The translations under genes were made by a program, and so were the position numbers. Below, piece by piece: positions 11,994-24,747 of a stretch of 48,702 nucleotides of DNA. The stretch comes from Selaginella moellendorffii. Taxonomy: Eukaryota; Plantae; Lycopodiophyta. Within the stretch, counting starts at the first letter, position 1; the number at the start of each line of letters is the position of its first letter. The notes beneath the pieces were generated by a model that was not told the origin of the DNA, ran no database searches, and worked only from the letters and a program-made list of their open reading frames with translations. The DNA is taken from NCBI RefSeq assembly GCF_000143415.4, contig NW_003314342.1, forward strand, positions 49,499-98,200, given 5' to 3'.

Positions 11994-14900
11994 CACGTGT
12001 CATGTGTTGGCCCTTTTGGGTCCCTTTTTGGAGCCTCGCCTTTTGCTCGCTTCGTGCTCGTTCCTCGAGCACTTCGTTGGGAGTTCCACTCCCGCTCTTG
12101 ACTTTTCAAGTCGGAGCTTTTGGTCCAAACGTGTTACGCTCGTTTGGCTCTCGCTTCGGCCACTACCATGTGGCGCCCTTCCAGCTCCACTTTGGGGCCT
12201 AGGGATTTTGTGTCTCACAGTTAAATAGACACTTAGGAATTCCATCCTTATGCTCATTTGGTCAAGTATAGATGCAAATTCCATTTTACTAACACTTAAA
12301 CAAGAGGGACTAATAAAGGGTCTAGCAATACTGACCTCCTACCATCGTGGCAGTAAGGAAAGAGCGTCCGTAAGGACTATCTGACAAGTAACTTTCGATA
12401 CCTGAAGTCATATTCGCGACATTCTCCCCCCCTAGGGAAGATCAACGTCCTTGTCGATGCATATTCGAGTCTAGACCACCGCAAAGGAAACAACTCCAGA
12501 AAAAGTTCATGGTGATCACACTATGTGAAAAATGCACCAACTTAAATGAGTTAGGAAGCAACCTCTTTATCTAATGTGGATGCACTATTAGCTCAGACAC
12601 CTTTCCGCCATCACCAACAAGGAAATGACTGACGGAGTTAGCCACCCTTGCTGCTCTAGGTGTCACCTAGCTTACAAAAGTGTGATACGCCCTTGCCTGC
12701 AAGGACATAGAGAGAGAAGCTAGGTGCCAACCCCCCTGAGCAAATAAACCAAACCCATCAGTAAGGTTTAGATAGACTACTATAAACAGGCAATTAGAGT
12801 TGTTTACACAGTCATGCCCTTTTAACGGAATAAAGAACATCAACAGAGAGGCGGGTGATGTGATCAATCGACAATAACTACTCCATGACTAAAGATTTCA
12901 CCATGCACATGAAATGCTGAAGCCAATCTGCCTATACTGGCCCAAACTCAAAGATCAATAGATGGACAATATCAAAGTTATAAACAATCATAGCTTAGAG
13001 ACTTAATTATTAGTGACTATATCTTATATTAGAACACAAAAGTATTCTAAGTAATTTATCATCTGATAAACCAGTATTATAGGACAGGAATCACCAAGAG
13101 CACTATAGTTGGAAAACATAGGATTTACTATCCAACAAAATTCAATAATCAATGTATCATCAAGGAAAATTAATGATAAAACTTAATTATCAAATATTGT
13201 AGATAGCATGCTAAACAACTTACAAAAGATAACTGAAAAAACACAAAGTATCATGAACTGACAAGCACAATGCTTGCGAATGTATTACTCGAAGGAAATA
13301 ACATTCTAATCTATCAGAACTAACTTGAGCAATAACCAATAGAATAGAATGAATGTGGGAAAACCAACAAACACTCATTCATGCCAACTATCGCACTAGT
13401 TAATTTGACTAAATCCCGATCAACAATACAAAAGAATTAGAGTTGCTTAAGCAAGTGTTAGCAATATCCTACTAATGTCTCAAACCCAAGAGACCAATTC
13501 AAAGCAAACCACAAGGAACATGTAGTATTGCGAAAAGCCATAATCTATCAAAGAGAACAACTAACTATCATGAAATAACACCAATCATTCTATCAATGAA
13601 AATATGCATAATCATCATCGAAAAAAAAATCTACCATCCCAAAGAACAGTGGATCATTCTATATCAACAATAATCAATCAAAACCTTTTGACAAGGATAA
13701 TCAACTATCCTAGATGATAGTCAATCATCACCAATGATTGTTAGATGCAAAAACTAACTTCAATATTGAAGCTAACAAGCCAAAATGCCTTCCGCAACAA
13801 CTTCTAACAAATGAAGCAATGAACATAAAACTCAAAAAACCAAAAGCTCGAAAAAGTTTATAGCCAAGTCTTGCCTAATAATGATCACAAGTATTGCATG
13901 AACCAACTTCAATGCTAAAGAAGAAATCATGGTACAACCCACAATATCCTCTTTAACACTTCCATAAGCTAAACTTTATAATGCCAAAGCTAATGAAGAG
14001 CATGTTTGCATCAATCCAAAAACCAAACACAACAAACAAGTGATCACTGGTTCACCGATAATAAGTGATCACCAAACGATCCTCCATAAATCCATTTATA
14101 GCAAGACATAACTCACTTCATAACAAGCACAAGAAAAATCATCAATGATCAATATATCTCAATTGAAATTCAACAAGGATTCAATCACTTCAATACCGAT
14201 CACTAACTCTTCTTTTTATAAAGATACCATAATCCACAACTAAATCACTTTTCAAGGAAAAGCTCAAACCTCAACCTTTACTAAATAATCTCGTCTAGAA
14301 CACAACTAACTTAAACTTGCCACTTAGTTCATTTGAACGTCAATATAGTTGCTAACTAGCAAATTCATGAATGCCAATAACACGAAACCATAGGCAAATC
14401 ATCAACACTATTTTCATCGAGACTAATGAAACTCAATATCAAGCCTTTCAGAGAGACATCTCATTTCACTCAAATCTCAACATCAACAATGTTAATGACA
14501 AGGCATTACTTCATCTAGAAGAAAGCACGAATGAATCACCACTCAAAGTTCTCTAGCATCTAAGCTAACTAAAGTCGAAGATACCTTAGTCAGTATCCAA
14601 AACTAATCCTTTAGCAAAACTCAGTTACAAATAATACTTCATCAAGGAATGAATCACCACATCCAAGACTCAATGAAATCTAACACTATGGACTATATAT
14701 AACTAAATGATATCGACAGAGGTAGAGTCGACATGCCAACATGGAAAACCCATGTAAGTCTAATGACACGATCCTCCGCAACACTATCCTGCTAAAGCAA
14801 ACTCATCACTGATAAATCTTTATCAAGTGAAGCAGATGTCAACAGTTTTCGACAAAGTCTACAAGCAATCATTAGTCGCAAGCAACTAATAATCACTGTT

Positions 14901-17900
14901 TCAACTTGCCTTCACAAGACCCAACACTAAACTTATGCCATCAAGTCATATACTTGTCCAACATGAACGTAATACCCCAGATATGAGATATTGGTTCATG
15001 AACAAACACGAACTAAATGATCACTCAAATCCAACTTAGTCACAATAAGTTCACCAACTTGTTTAGCTAATAGCTTTGAGCATGCCTTGAAGAGGCTAGC
15101 TATGTATGATCAATATTTAGTCAAAACTAAAGTGAAGACCATGAGATGGACTCATATCGGTACACAACCTCTTCATAGATAAAGCTATAATATAGGTACC
15201 AATATCTCAACCTCAAACAACTAAGTTGGATATCACTATTCTTAGCCAAAGCACAGGGCTACCAAGACCAAGGCAAGATCAGTGAGAGCTCACTATTCTC
15301 ATAGAGTTTAACGAAATGCAAAGTGCAATCTACAACCAAATATAATACTATAGAAGAAAAGCACAAAGGTCACCTTTCTTAGAAAAGCCCAACAACCACT
15401 TTTCTACACCAACTCCAGACTCCATCCCACTCAATTGTTTTAGCCCCCAAAGTTAGCATCCCTTTCAGGCGCATTATACAAATTACCTACTAAGGTCTAA
15501 TCCAACCAAAGTCAATTCCAACCCCTTCACTAGTTTGTATTGGTTTACGAAAACGGAATAGTTTTTGGGCAAAGTGATTAATAGATCAGCCATTGGAAAA
15601 GTCTAAAAAAATTTGTGGAATATTTTCCATCCTAGAGAAAGAATGACTCTCAATCCAAAAATGCAAACTTTCAAGACTTAACCAACTTCTTTTTACCTAC
15701 AATTTCACATAGGTTCACCTCAACACCAATTCTCATGCCCCATAGTATATTTAAGCCTCGAACATCTTTTGCTCACATTTCCGACATTCAACACCAAAAT
15801 CCGTAAATGCAAAATGAACATCTAAAGCTTGATCACGAAGACTATATCTTCGGATATCCATATTGCACTAACACTCTTCTTCAACCACTTTGAATATCCA
15901 ATGTGAAGCCAAAACACTAACAAGAAAAATGAGATGAAAAATCAAGTTCTAAGGAAAATCTTCATCACTTAAATTAGCAATGCCACTTCCACTAACACAA
16001 GTGTTAGCGATGTCAATGCCTCAACTACACACTTTCTCCATCCAACAATTTACTCCAAGTGTTAACAGATTAACCAACAAGCTATAGCAAATGAATGCTA
16101 TAACCCTTTTTCCAACACCTTATGGGCAAACCCTTAAGGAAACAACACACCAACTCAAGCTTAGCATAATGGACCACCATCGAGAATTCAGTCAAAGCTA
16201 CTATAATGCTATTATATGTAAGTAGACTAGTTTCTCCATCAATCACTTTGGGGTTGATCATCATTTAACCAAGCAACTTCGTAAACACATTGCTCATTAT
16301 CACATGAATATGATATGACTTCATCATCAAACATGAGCAATGCCAATATCACTACTACAAAGGTTTACGTGAGTATCAAGTGTTAATTTAACTCGACAAA
16401 ATGCAACATAAATGCCACACTCCACCGATAAAGACTTATAACACTCAACACCACTAACTTTTATTCACAACATGGACAAACTTATGCCACTCTTTTTCCG
16501 ACCAAACTCAAAATTAATCCAACACCAAGTTACTCAAGAAGCAATAGCAAAGTTTCTCAGAAAAGAATTGAGTATTGTAACTCAAGTCTTCAATAGCAAG
16601 CCTAGACAAAATGGCTTAATGCTTCACTGCTATCCATCCTATGACTCACCACTTACAAGACCATCATTTCCAACATGCATCAAAGTAGGGACTTTTGATT
16701 GCATAATGTGAATATGAGCAATGGGTTACACTTCATTACAAATCATTTCTCCAAGAGCAGAAAATGATTTATGTGTTTGATTCTTCGTTTCTGACGACTC
16801 TTTTTTCAGTTTCTACTTTGACCAAACCTCAAGCTTGCTTTCACACTGCCTTCAGCCCAATCCAAGAAAAGTTTATGAGAGAGTACGACAATGATTACTT
16901 GAACAAATAGACTAATCCCTATAATCTTGGTTGATTCACTTGCAATCATGCTTAGGAAAGATCCACTAATGCCATGCTAAATAGCTACGGACCAGCCTAT
17001 TTGCCACTCATAGCAAACCCAGGGAAGGTTTACTTTCATTTATAGTACATGGAACAACTTATAGAACCACTGATAGGCTAACATTAATCTTGCCAACTTA
17101 AAGCGTAACTTCGAGTTGCTAATGTGCCTCACTCATGAGCCCAAATGCAAACTCGTGCAATTGGAACAACTCAGTCCATCCTATGAGCCTAAGAGCAAAC
17201 TCACATAATATAGTACAAAAAGGTAACCAAAATCCATACCTAAGGACCCAATGCAAAGTCAATTTTAGCACCCAAACGTGTACTCACTTAGATCATCATT
17301 TTCATCTCTACGTATGCAACAAGACTAGTTGCCCAATCTCATTGAATAGTACTCACTGAGACTTTTTCTCTGATACCAAATGTAGCATACGTGGTTATCC
17401 TATGGTGATTTACCATAGAATAACCACGAAGCGAAACCTAAACTCTCCATATGCCACATGTCACATGCCACATGTCCTAAGGACAGTGGTGTGAAACTCG
17501 AGTTTCAGGGCCTTGGGCCACTAAACGAAGGAATGATGCTAAACTCCCAAGCATGGAGCCAAGGAGCAATGGCATTGGAGCACAGAATGACTCTCGAGCA
17601 TATACCCCAAAGAGTGAAGGGACAAAAGCACGGAACGACTTGGATCAGTCCTAGAGCAACCAGCATCCCAATGCCAGGACCAACACGCAAAACGGAGCCA
17701 AACGGAGTCTGGCGTTATTTCGGCATACTAGTGGCCTAACGTGAGGATATGGCCACTCCACCAACTGGCATGAAATGGAACTTGGGCTTAGACTCAAGCC
17801 AAACGCAAAATAAAGACAAGCACGCAAGTGGGAGCTAGACTATGCCTCAAGTTGGTCAGCCATGCCTGACCTACCCACTATCCCTACTATACATTTGGAA

Positions 17901-18859
17901 CCCCTATATCCCCCCCCCCCCCGTGAGGAACACATGCTTTGGGCTTTCACCCCAAACCTCCCTTAGTATCAGGAGTTAGTCTTTGAGACAAGCTCAAAAC
18001 TTACTAAATATGGAATGTCCCTAGATTGCGAATTTGGACATGGAACAAACACCATTGTGTTCAAAACAATCTCTACATTCCATAAATATGCTAAATGAGT
18101 GAATCTAAACATTTACCATAAATAGCATTTGGGACCGAAATTAGACTAACACAAAGGGCATAATAGAGAAAGTGTTTAGTAGACATGGTACGGTATCATC
18201 CAGCAATATTGAAAGACTAGTCTCAATACGTTAATATTGACCTCCTGCCATCGTGGTAGTAAGGAAAGAATGTCCGTAAGGACTAGTTGACAGGTAATTT
18301 TCGATACCCGAAGTCACATTCGCGACCCGAAGTCACATTCGCGACAACAAAAGAGAGTCATCCAAAACTGATCTATAGGTGTACAAGTGCACACCAAGAA
18401 ATCTCAAGCTTCTTTGGAAAAACTCAAATTTGAATTTGGCTAAGCATGAGCCCACACACTAGCTTAAAAAAACAAGAGATCATGAGAGAGAGAGTGTTAG
18501 AAATCCTTACATTTTTGAAAAATGAGTGTGAGACCATGCTTGTTCAAAGTTAAATAACCCCCATTTCTTTGGTCATTTTACAAACTTGCACTTACCAATC
18601 TGTTTCTCTCTTAATTTGACTTTGGTTTATTGTGAGCTCATATTCTTTCATTAATACATTAAATAGGGTCTTTAGTGTGCAAGTGCATGCTAGAAATTCT
18701 TTGACTTTGTGTGTGCTTATTTTATGCATTTTAAATTATTTTCACTATATATTTTCATGTTTTGTTTTCTCATATTCACAAAAGGAGCTTTGTTTTTTAA
18801 TTTCCTATTTGCTTGTCTTTTTTTGTACTTTTTCCTTCTATTTGTGTTTTGATATTTGT

Positions 18860-19543
18860 AATTTTCTTTGTTTTTCTCAAGTTGTTAAAGGAGATGTAGT
18901 AGAGATTGTTTGGGATTATGGAAAATCAATTGCAAAGGGAAGAATAGAATCTTTAGATGCTACTTGCATTTATCACTATGCTTCTTTAAGAGTTAGATGT
19001 GTTTTGCTTTGCATTATTAAGGTGCTTAACTCGAATTACTCCCCCCTTACAGGTGAGTTGGATGTTAGTGGGTTTTCTATATAGAAGTAGAATCAACTGA
19101 TATATCTCTAATAGAGATATTTCCTACCAAAATCTTTTAGGGAAATACAATTGGAACACAAAGGAATAATGATGAAGATGTTATTCCACAGAAGATAGAG
19201 AGTAAAAATTATTTCCAGAGGCAAGAATATCCCTAATTCTGGTTGTTCTTTTATAGATATAAATACTTGTAAAATATGGTATAAAGCTCTTGTGAAGATA
19301 GTGGATGCTATACATGCAATTGTGGCTGAGGGACTAGTTATTGTTGTAAACCCTCAAGATGCTCTACACAACATAACTTTAGGGTGGGATTATATTAGAA
19401 TCTCAATCTCTTCTTTTGTTGATGTTTCAAGTAAGTTGGAAATAGGTAGTCTAGTTCGATGGAAATTATCCCAAACTCTTTTTGGTAATAGTATACCATC
19501 TACCATACTAATAAGCACTTGCATTTCTTCTTCACATTATTGA
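18860..19543 (+). pseudogene. Possible CACTA/En-Spm accessory (Tnp1/TnpA C-terminal-like) remnant, two similar domain copies
   Basis: SIAKGRIESLDA...HY..L and IVAEGLVIVVNPQDALHNITLGWDYIRISI...IGSLVRW resemble the VA.G....P....H...LG....V.I pattern of En/Spm-associated proteins. No CACTA termini found. Confidence 0.45.
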
Positions 19544-20365
19544 AAATGAAAATATATATTTATCAGATGAGCTATTAAGAAGCAACTAAGCAAATAGAAA
19601 TCAAATACTAAGGATTTAATAAGTGGAGGTCCTTTAGGAATGATGGGGAATAAAAAAAACAGTTAATCGAAGCATAGACAGTGATCAAAGATAAAAAATA
19701 CAAGAATCAAGAATCTAAAAACTTGTATCAACAACAACCTTGAGGACAACAACATTTAGAATACAACCATTACTCAACTCAGATTTTTTGAACATCACCA
19801 TCGACTAGAGAACGCAGATGCTCATAGTGAGGATGCACACGACTTTATACAACACAATTAGAGGTAAGCCACAATTACTTTACAACAATTTAACACAACA
19901 AAAACTCGTAAAAAGAGTAGCCATAGTATGTATTCCTATTCGATCCCAAAGTTGGTGACCAATGACCTTGTTGAAGACTAATCAACTTTACCGAGCTGAA
20001 TATTATGTAACAACATAAATACCAATACATAAATTGTGTTAGTTTACACTACATGATTTTACAACTACACAATATTTCTTTGAGAAGAACACAACAACAA
20101 CAACAAAACCATAAAAACAAATTTAAGAAAATGATAACTCAAGAAAACTCTAGCACAACATCGAATGTACAAACACAACCTTAATCCACTCAAGAAACAA
20201 GAGCAAGATCAAATACAAAAAATACGAGAAGAGAAGAAACAACTCCATCAAAAATTAGAAGTAGACAAGCAATAGAAGGCTCAAGCTTAAATCAAAATCC
20301 TTAAAACTATATTTAAGACTTTCAACAAAATGACCTAAGCTACACCAATTGGCAAACCAAGTATT

Positions 20366-21000
20366 TATAGCATATGTGATCATGGGATGAAATTTAGATA
20401 TACTGTCACTATGGATCTTTGGAACCTTGGGGGATAAAATAGCCACTAAAGACTCTCTCATCAAGCAATTGCCCTTTTTTCAGTTGGCTTAAGGGAAGAG
20501 AAATAAGGTGCTTTATATGTGGTATCGGAGCAAATGGCATGGGTTCGATTCCTATTGATTAATGGCTACTTAAAAATCAATTAATGGCTACTTAAAAATA
20601 TAATATACCCTTAAGCAAAGTATATTCGTACCCCTAAATTTGAAATCGTATGTATTGAGCATCCATGCATATGTCTTTCCTCTTGTGTGGAGTATCCATG
20701 GATGAAGGTATCCACCATGGAACTGCGGTACAGGTGGATGACTACTTGCCTCACATGAACTTCCTCTTGTGTGGAGTATCCATAGATGAAAGTATCCACC
20801 ATGGAACTGCGGTACAGGTGGATGACTACTTGCCTCACATGGAATAGTTGGTTTACACAATGGAAGGATTGATAAATTTAGTGCAGAAATGGAGATACTT
20901 TGGGGCATAAATGGAGATAAAATAACTACTAAGGGCTCTCTCATCAAACAATTGCCCCTTTTTTAGTTGGCTTAAGGGGAGAGAGATAGAGTGCGCTACA
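20366..21000 (+). mobile_element. TRIM-like miniature LTR element inserted in G
   Basis: Diverged direct repeats ~20385-20517 and ~20870-21000 (ctctctcatcaa.caattgccc...agttggcttaaggg), the second ending GCTACA. PBS TGGTATCGGAGC at 20520. Internal 84-bp tandem duplication at 20677-20844. TSD not resolved. Confidence 0.62.
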
Positions 21001-21832
21001 ACAACATCAACACAACCAATGCTGAGGAAGACACAATCAACCAAAATTTAGACTTAGATCAAGATTTACCACCACTCAAAACTCCTGATTACGGAGATTA
21101 CAACACCGACAACTTTCAGTCTTATCCAACTTCTCCAGAAATTGAACCATCACCAACCGTAGAAAGATGGCACTCATCAACCCAGCAACACCCTATTGCA
21201 TCATGATTACATATCCAATCTTCACCGATAGCAAAACTGAAGATGCAAAAGACATCTCCAGCAATTCAACCAAATTATATAAGTCAATCAGCAAGAAGAC
21301 AACAAAGAACTTCTATTCCTTTTCACACTTAAAAGAAAAGCATTAAAATGGTATTATAATCTTGATGAAAACTTAAGTTTCAAGAAAACGTTAAGCGATT
21401 CAAAGAGAAGTATCAACTCGGTAGCACAACAACTAAATACCTAGAATATCTCAAAAGCATCAAATAAGGCAATAAAGTCGATCTCAACTGAATCATCCTG
21501 AAGAGAACAAGCAATCAAGATCCTCAACTTCAAAATGAAGATTTCCAACACCAAGATTTGAAAGAAAAGACAACACCAGCACACATGAAAAAACAACAAG
21601 AACATTCAAGCATCAAACTTGAATAGTTTAAACCGATGCATCAACAAATTCCACTCCAAGAACAACTAGATCTACAACAAGAAGGATCACGATTTACACC
21701 AATACTCAACCTTGAAGAACCAGCTCAAGATAATAACCTTGGAACACCTGAAGAACCAAAAGAACTTCACATTGCCCAAGAGCTTGATGAAGATTTTAAA
21801 GCAAAAGCAACCCAACTACTTGACACTTATTA

Positions 21833-21932
21833 NNNNNNNNNNNNNNNNNNNNNNNNNNNNNNNNNNNNNNNNNNNNNNNNNNNNNNNNNNNNNNNNNNNN
21901 NNNNNNNNNNNNNNNNNNNNNNNNNNNNNNNN
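21833..21932. other. Assembly gap (100 N)
   Basis: Run of N. Confidence 1.
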
Positions 21933-22035
21933 ACAGAATTTAGGTAACTTTCATCGTACTCAAGATGGCAAAAGACAAAAACTGCTACGAAGTACTTGTC
22001 TTGTGCAACAATACCAAATCAATATTCAACCTTTG

Positions 22036-22720
22036 ACAAGTGCAAGCAATTTGTCTTGAGGACAAGACCATATTCAGTCGTGGGAAGAAAACTGTACAAA
22101 TAAGAAAGAGACAACATTTTATGATGATGTGCAAACCCAGAAGAAACACAAGATCTACTTGAAGAAGCCTATTGTGGACAAGTAGGAGGACATTTTGCTA
22201 AAGAAATTGCAGCTCAAAAATTTTTACAAGCAGAACTTTGGTGGCCAACACTTTGGCACAACTAAGCCAAGTTCTGTAAAAAATGCAACATCTATCAATG
22301 AACCAAGTATGCACCAAAGAAATAAACTCAAGAACTTCATGGACAATAACCTAGATGGACAACATCTACTACTACCTTACAATAGCAAGAATACCAAGTT
22401 GATATTCAACCTCCAACAAGCGCAAGCAATTTGTCTTGAGGACAAGACCATATTCAATCGTGGGAAGAAAACTGTACAAACAAGGAAGAGACAACATTTT
22501 ACAAAGATGTGCAAACCCAAAAGAAACACAAGATCTATTTTAAGAAGTCTATTGTGGACAAGTAGGAAAACATTTTGCTGAAGCAATCACAACTCGAAAA
22601 ATTTTACAAGCAGAACTTTGGTGGCCAACACTTTAGCACAACTAAGCCAAGTTCTGTAAAAAATGCAACATCTATCAATGAACCAAGTATGCACTAAAGA
22701 AATAAACTCAAGAACTTCAT
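22036..22720 (+). repeat. ~300-bp direct duplication in the G integrase region (22036-22340 and 22417-22720)
   Basis: gcaagcaatttgtcttgaggacaagaccatattc...aataaactcaagaacttcat occurs twice, with scattered substitutions. Confidence 0.88.
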
Positions 22721-23299
22721 CCAAAAATTCCACTCAAACCTTTTCAATAATGAGGACTCAACTTTGTTGGTCTACTTATGATAAGCTCCAAGCAAAACAA
22801 GTACATTCTAATTGCAATAGACTATATGACAAAATGGGTTGAAGTTCAACTAATAAAGACTGCTACAACAAAGAACACAACAAAGTTCATTTAAGAAAAC
22901 ATCATCACAAGATATGGCTTACCTTGAGAACTTGTCACTAATCAAGGAACACACTTCATCAATGAAACCATCAAGATTCTAACTCAAGAATTCACTATCT
23001 AGCACAAGGCTTTAACAGCGTACTACCCTCAAGGCAACGGTCAAGCAGAGTTTACAAACAAGACACTCATAAACATCCTCATAGAAAATTGTGAAAATAA
23101 ATCAGAAAGACTGGGATGATCACATCTACGATGCCCTATAGTCATATCAAACTGCATATAAGGTTTCAACAAATTCGACACCATTCAAGTTCACCTACGG
23201 CCTTGAAACTTTGACACCACTTGAATATATCGTTCCATCACTATGAATGGCAATACAATACGAAATCAACCAAGAAGAATTGATCTTCATATGATGGTT

Positions 23300-24380
23300 G
23301 AGGCTAACTATTATCAAACAGTTTTTTTGATAGAGTTATGCAATCTTATGTGCGAGGCACTACTATGATGATGTCCTATGACTAAGGAGGAACATGAGAT
23401 GCATGTGCCGCTATTGAGGGAGAACAAGCTGTATTCTAAACTGTCAAAGCGTGATTTCTTCTTGGAGGAGATCACCTATCTCGGACATGTGGTGCCACGA
23501 GATGGTGTGTGGGAAGATCCTCAAAAGACTCAGATAGTCATTGACTAGCTTGTTCCCCCTACTGTGCATGGGTTTCCTTGGTATGGTGGGAGTCTTTTGC
23601 CGGTTTGTGAAGGACTTCTCCTTGATTGTTGCTCCTTTGATGGATATTCTTTGAAACACCACCAAGCATGCTTAGTTGGTGTGGGGTGAAAGCGTCAAGA
23701 AGCATTTGAGCGGCTAAAACAATCATGTATATTCTACAGATATTTGCTTGTGATAACTTGTTCACAAGCAAATATCTGTAGAATATACATGATTGCATAT
23801 ATTCCATAGCTCACACTATGGAGTCTATGCATTCAGAGGGTATGGCTCATGAGTCCTTTTCTCTTTCTGATCCTAGTGAGGCCATGGGTGTCAGTGTGGA
23901 CCAAGGAGAGAATGTATCTACTCATGTTCTAGCTGACACTACTGTCACTAAGCTTTCTGAAGGAGTGAAGAAGAATTGTATCAACTCATCTAAGCTGTAC
24001 AGTTGTTTGTGCAATGAGTTGTGCATAGCCAAGTGCTTAGTGTCCTCCTTGACTCTGGTGCTACGCATACTTTCATTAACAAGGCTAGTGATAAGGGTAT
24101 AGGAGCTGTCTTGGTGCAAGACTGCTGTCTTATTGCCTACATAAGCCACAAGTTTGACACAACTTAGCTGAACTGCCAACTCGGGATAGGAAGTTGTATG
24201 TTGTAGTTGTTGCAGTCAAAGAGTGGAGGCATTATCTGTATGGTTTGGATTTTTCATGTGGATAACTTTACCACTTGTCACTCTTTTTACTCACCAGATG
24301 GAGCTTCAAGGCTGGCTAGCTCATTGACTGGAGTTTTTGCAGGAAATGGATGTGCAGATTCCAAACCACCAGAGTTTAGC
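23300..24380 (+). mobile_element. Decayed Ty3/gypsy RT-RNase H fragment
   Basis: LRENKLYSKLSK.DFFLEEITYLGHVV, GFLGMVG...RFVKDFS.IVAPL and ASDKGIGAVLVQ across broken frames. Confidence 0.7.
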
Positions 24381-24747
24381 TATGGGGTTTAAGGTGACGA
24401 AAACCGGGGATTCCCGAGTAAAAGTCAAAGGGTAATTTTGACTGCAGATTACTCGTGAATTCGGAAGATGATTTTTAAAGAAAAGTTGCTAGGTTTTCTA
24501 AGATCTACAAATTTTCTTTAAGGCAATTTTCCTGTTTCTAAAAGGAGCAGACGGTAAAGGTAGTTGTTTCTCCATTGTCTAGGATGGTGAACTCTATTTT
24601 GTTTGGGAAGCTCTCCAATGGTTTGCTAGATGAAATTAAGGAGCTTGCTGACTTTGACTGCTTTGTAGTGAAGGCATGTGCAGTTGTTTTGAAGTGGGAC
24701 GCCTCTTCCAATGCAATTGTGCTTCCTTCAATGCACGAAATGGTTTC

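Larger units (their letters stand above)
4729..12219 (-). mobile_element. Element B: very young non-autonomous LTR retroelement; LTRs 4729-6442 and 10541-12219
   Basis: TG...CA LTRs of 1714 and 1679 bp, apparently identical outside the tandem array. Perfect TSD GTTAA (4724-4728 and 12220-12224). PBS TGGTATCGGAGC (revcomp 10526-10537); PPT-like GGGTGGTGGAG (revcomp ~6444-6454). Empty site seen in the right arm near 35080. Confidence 0.96.
1..16040. repeat. Left arm of a large inverted duplication (partner ~26429-48465)
   Basis: Position 1 (cattttggagaatggtgat) matches revcomp of ~48465. 1-2012 matches 45910-48465, 2013-2795 matches 35719-36536, 4090-4728 plus 12220-12885 match 34419-35713, and 12885-16040 matches 26429-29476. 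Roughly 90% identity by eye; paired ORFs such as 124..483(+)/48039..48479(-) and 1178..1444(+)/47082..47315(-). Confidence 0.95.
3801..18346 (-). mobile_element. Element A: non-autonomous (LARD-like) LTR retroelement; 5' LTR 17381-18346, 3' LTR 3801-4728 plus 12220-12421 (split by element B)
   Basis: Both LTRs run TGTAGC...CGCGACA. tRNA-iMet PBS (revcomp of ctctgatacca) just left of 17381; PPT (revcomp of ttctccccccc) at 12422-12432; near-TSD acaag/acaaa. About 5 kb internal region with no long ORF. Confidence 0.9.
19700..23290 (+). mobile_element. Element G: heavily decayed non-chromoviral Ty3/gypsy remnant spanning the first N gap
   Basis: Pre-RT linker NLGTPEEPKELHIAQEL...LL before the gap. 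After it, integrase motifs FWWPTL, YILIAIDYMTKWVE, YYPQGNGQAE..NK.L and STPF..TYG.E...PLE. Boundaries approximate. Confidence 0.75.

Noticed and set aside
18632-18880. Hydrophobic ORF suggesting a membrane or env-like protein
   Set aside because: Translation of T-rich, intron-like sequence; no other support.
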